Source: Takakia lepidozioides
Lineage: Eukaryota; Plantae; Bryophyta
Length of the DNA: 8,462 nucleotides
Direction of reading: 5' to 3'
NCBI GenBank assembly: GCA_030704615.1
Contig: JAKLZA010000325.1
Coordinates: forward strand, 1 to 8,462
The notes beneath the pieces are model-generated. The model was not told where the DNA came from. It ran no database searches and saw only the letters and a program-made list of their open reading frames with translations. A program made the translations under genes and the position numbers. The first letter of the stretch is position 1. The number at the start of each line of letters is the position of its first letter. This document shows, piece by piece, positions 7,726 to 8,462 of this stretch.

Positions 7726-8462
7726 CGAGGCATCCCTGCTGCTCTTGCGCATTCTTCGTCACCTGTGGAGATTGTCCATCATATCGCTTTTCCTCAAAAA
7801 ATACAATGAATCCACCCCCTACTAGATTAGAACCCCAAACAGCGTGGGGGAAGTACCTGAAACCAACACCATGTCATGCGTTCATCCACATGTCGAATGT
7901 GGGGTCGAGAGTTTGTCCGGTTTGGGGAAGCTCCACATGTCCCTGGTACTTGGGAACCATTCCAGATTTGAGCCACGGGTCTGTCCAACCACCCAAGCAT
8001 ATTCGTAAGCGCCAAACACCACAAAAAAGAGTTGTTGCCACCACAATTTGGTTAAGAATGTATCACCTTTTCTGTTGCATCCACACAGGATGTGGCTAGA
8101 CGATGGAGCTTCTCCAATGTCATCGTGGGCTTCAGAGCGCGAGAGTAGTGCTTCCCCACCTCCACCAGAAAGTCGGCACCAAGGGCGGGTCAGCTATGGC
8201 CACGTACTTTACCATCCGCGACTTGTACTTTATGCGGCCCTCACCTCCGCAGCCTTTGACATATAACATTCGAGTTCCGGGAGGGTTGGATTCTTCTCCT
8301 CTGACTCCATGTAGAACCTCCGCGCCCTGTGCCAATCCTGCTGTATTTTCGTCTGTCGAAAAGGCGCCATAAGATTTAGAGATCCTGCTCAACACAATTT
8401 CTTCTATTGGGGGAGGAGGACAAGACTAGCTCAACAAAACTTCAGAGACTTTACCCGAAATT
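7706..8462 (-). pseudogene. Diverged, frameshifted paralog of the central region (exon 4/5 equivalent) of the ParB-MTase gene
   Basis: Minus-strand pieces read RIKYKSRMVKYVAIADP / ALGADFLVEVGKHYSRALKPTMTLEKLHRLATSCVDATEK / WL.IWNGSQ / MWSFPK / DPTFDMWMN / WCWFQ | VTKNA. They align with plus-gene RRTKLMSAFGKQLRIVDPGLGPEFLQQIKTHYDKHVHPEMQQEKLHRLAISMVDPQTKIRWLEIWNSDQ...NQFPK...SDLVFDNWLHKATFWSQ | LEKRA. Introns lie at 8454-8353, 8066-7981 and 7856-7763, and about 7 single-base deletions are needed. Confidence 0.8.

Noticed and set aside
7643-8395. ORFs 7643..7825, 7674..8099, 8048..8266, 8103..8372 (+) and 7827..8024, 8132..8395 (-) as standalone genes
   Set aside because: They are antisense to, or partial frames of, the frameshifted minus-strand paralog.

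Overview
Eukaryotic DNA with GT-AG introns, which looks like a non-seed land plant by my recollection of similar proteins (not verified). It is probably part of a large DNA-transposon-like element. (1) A 10-exon plus-strand gene (1407-7034, about 1170 codons once three single-base homopolymer frameshifts are corrected) encodes a ParB/Sulfiredoxin-like domain, an uncharacterised central region and a beta-class N4C/N6A DNA methyltransferase-like domain (Pfam N6_N4_Mtase type) with non-canonical motifs. (2) Its two long introns hold 11 copies of a 22-bp palindrome (consensus TGAATG[T/G]CGTT[A/G]ACG[A/C]CATTCA) about 100 bp apart; this resembles parS arrays or the VANC target arrays of VANDAL transposons. 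(3) Head-to-head with it is a minus-strand ORF of at least 374 codons, absent from the ORF track, with a MULE-transposase-like 'CNLAETVHN' motif and a Cys-rich module. (4) At the right end is a convergent, frameshifted and diverged paralog of the central region of the same gene, with two intron positions conserved. It is separated from the gene by a CATC-rich repeat tract and a GC-rich hairpin/ACGT-box cluster. The candidate novel system is a transposon-borne ParB-methyltransferase with cognate palindromic site arrays inside its own introns.
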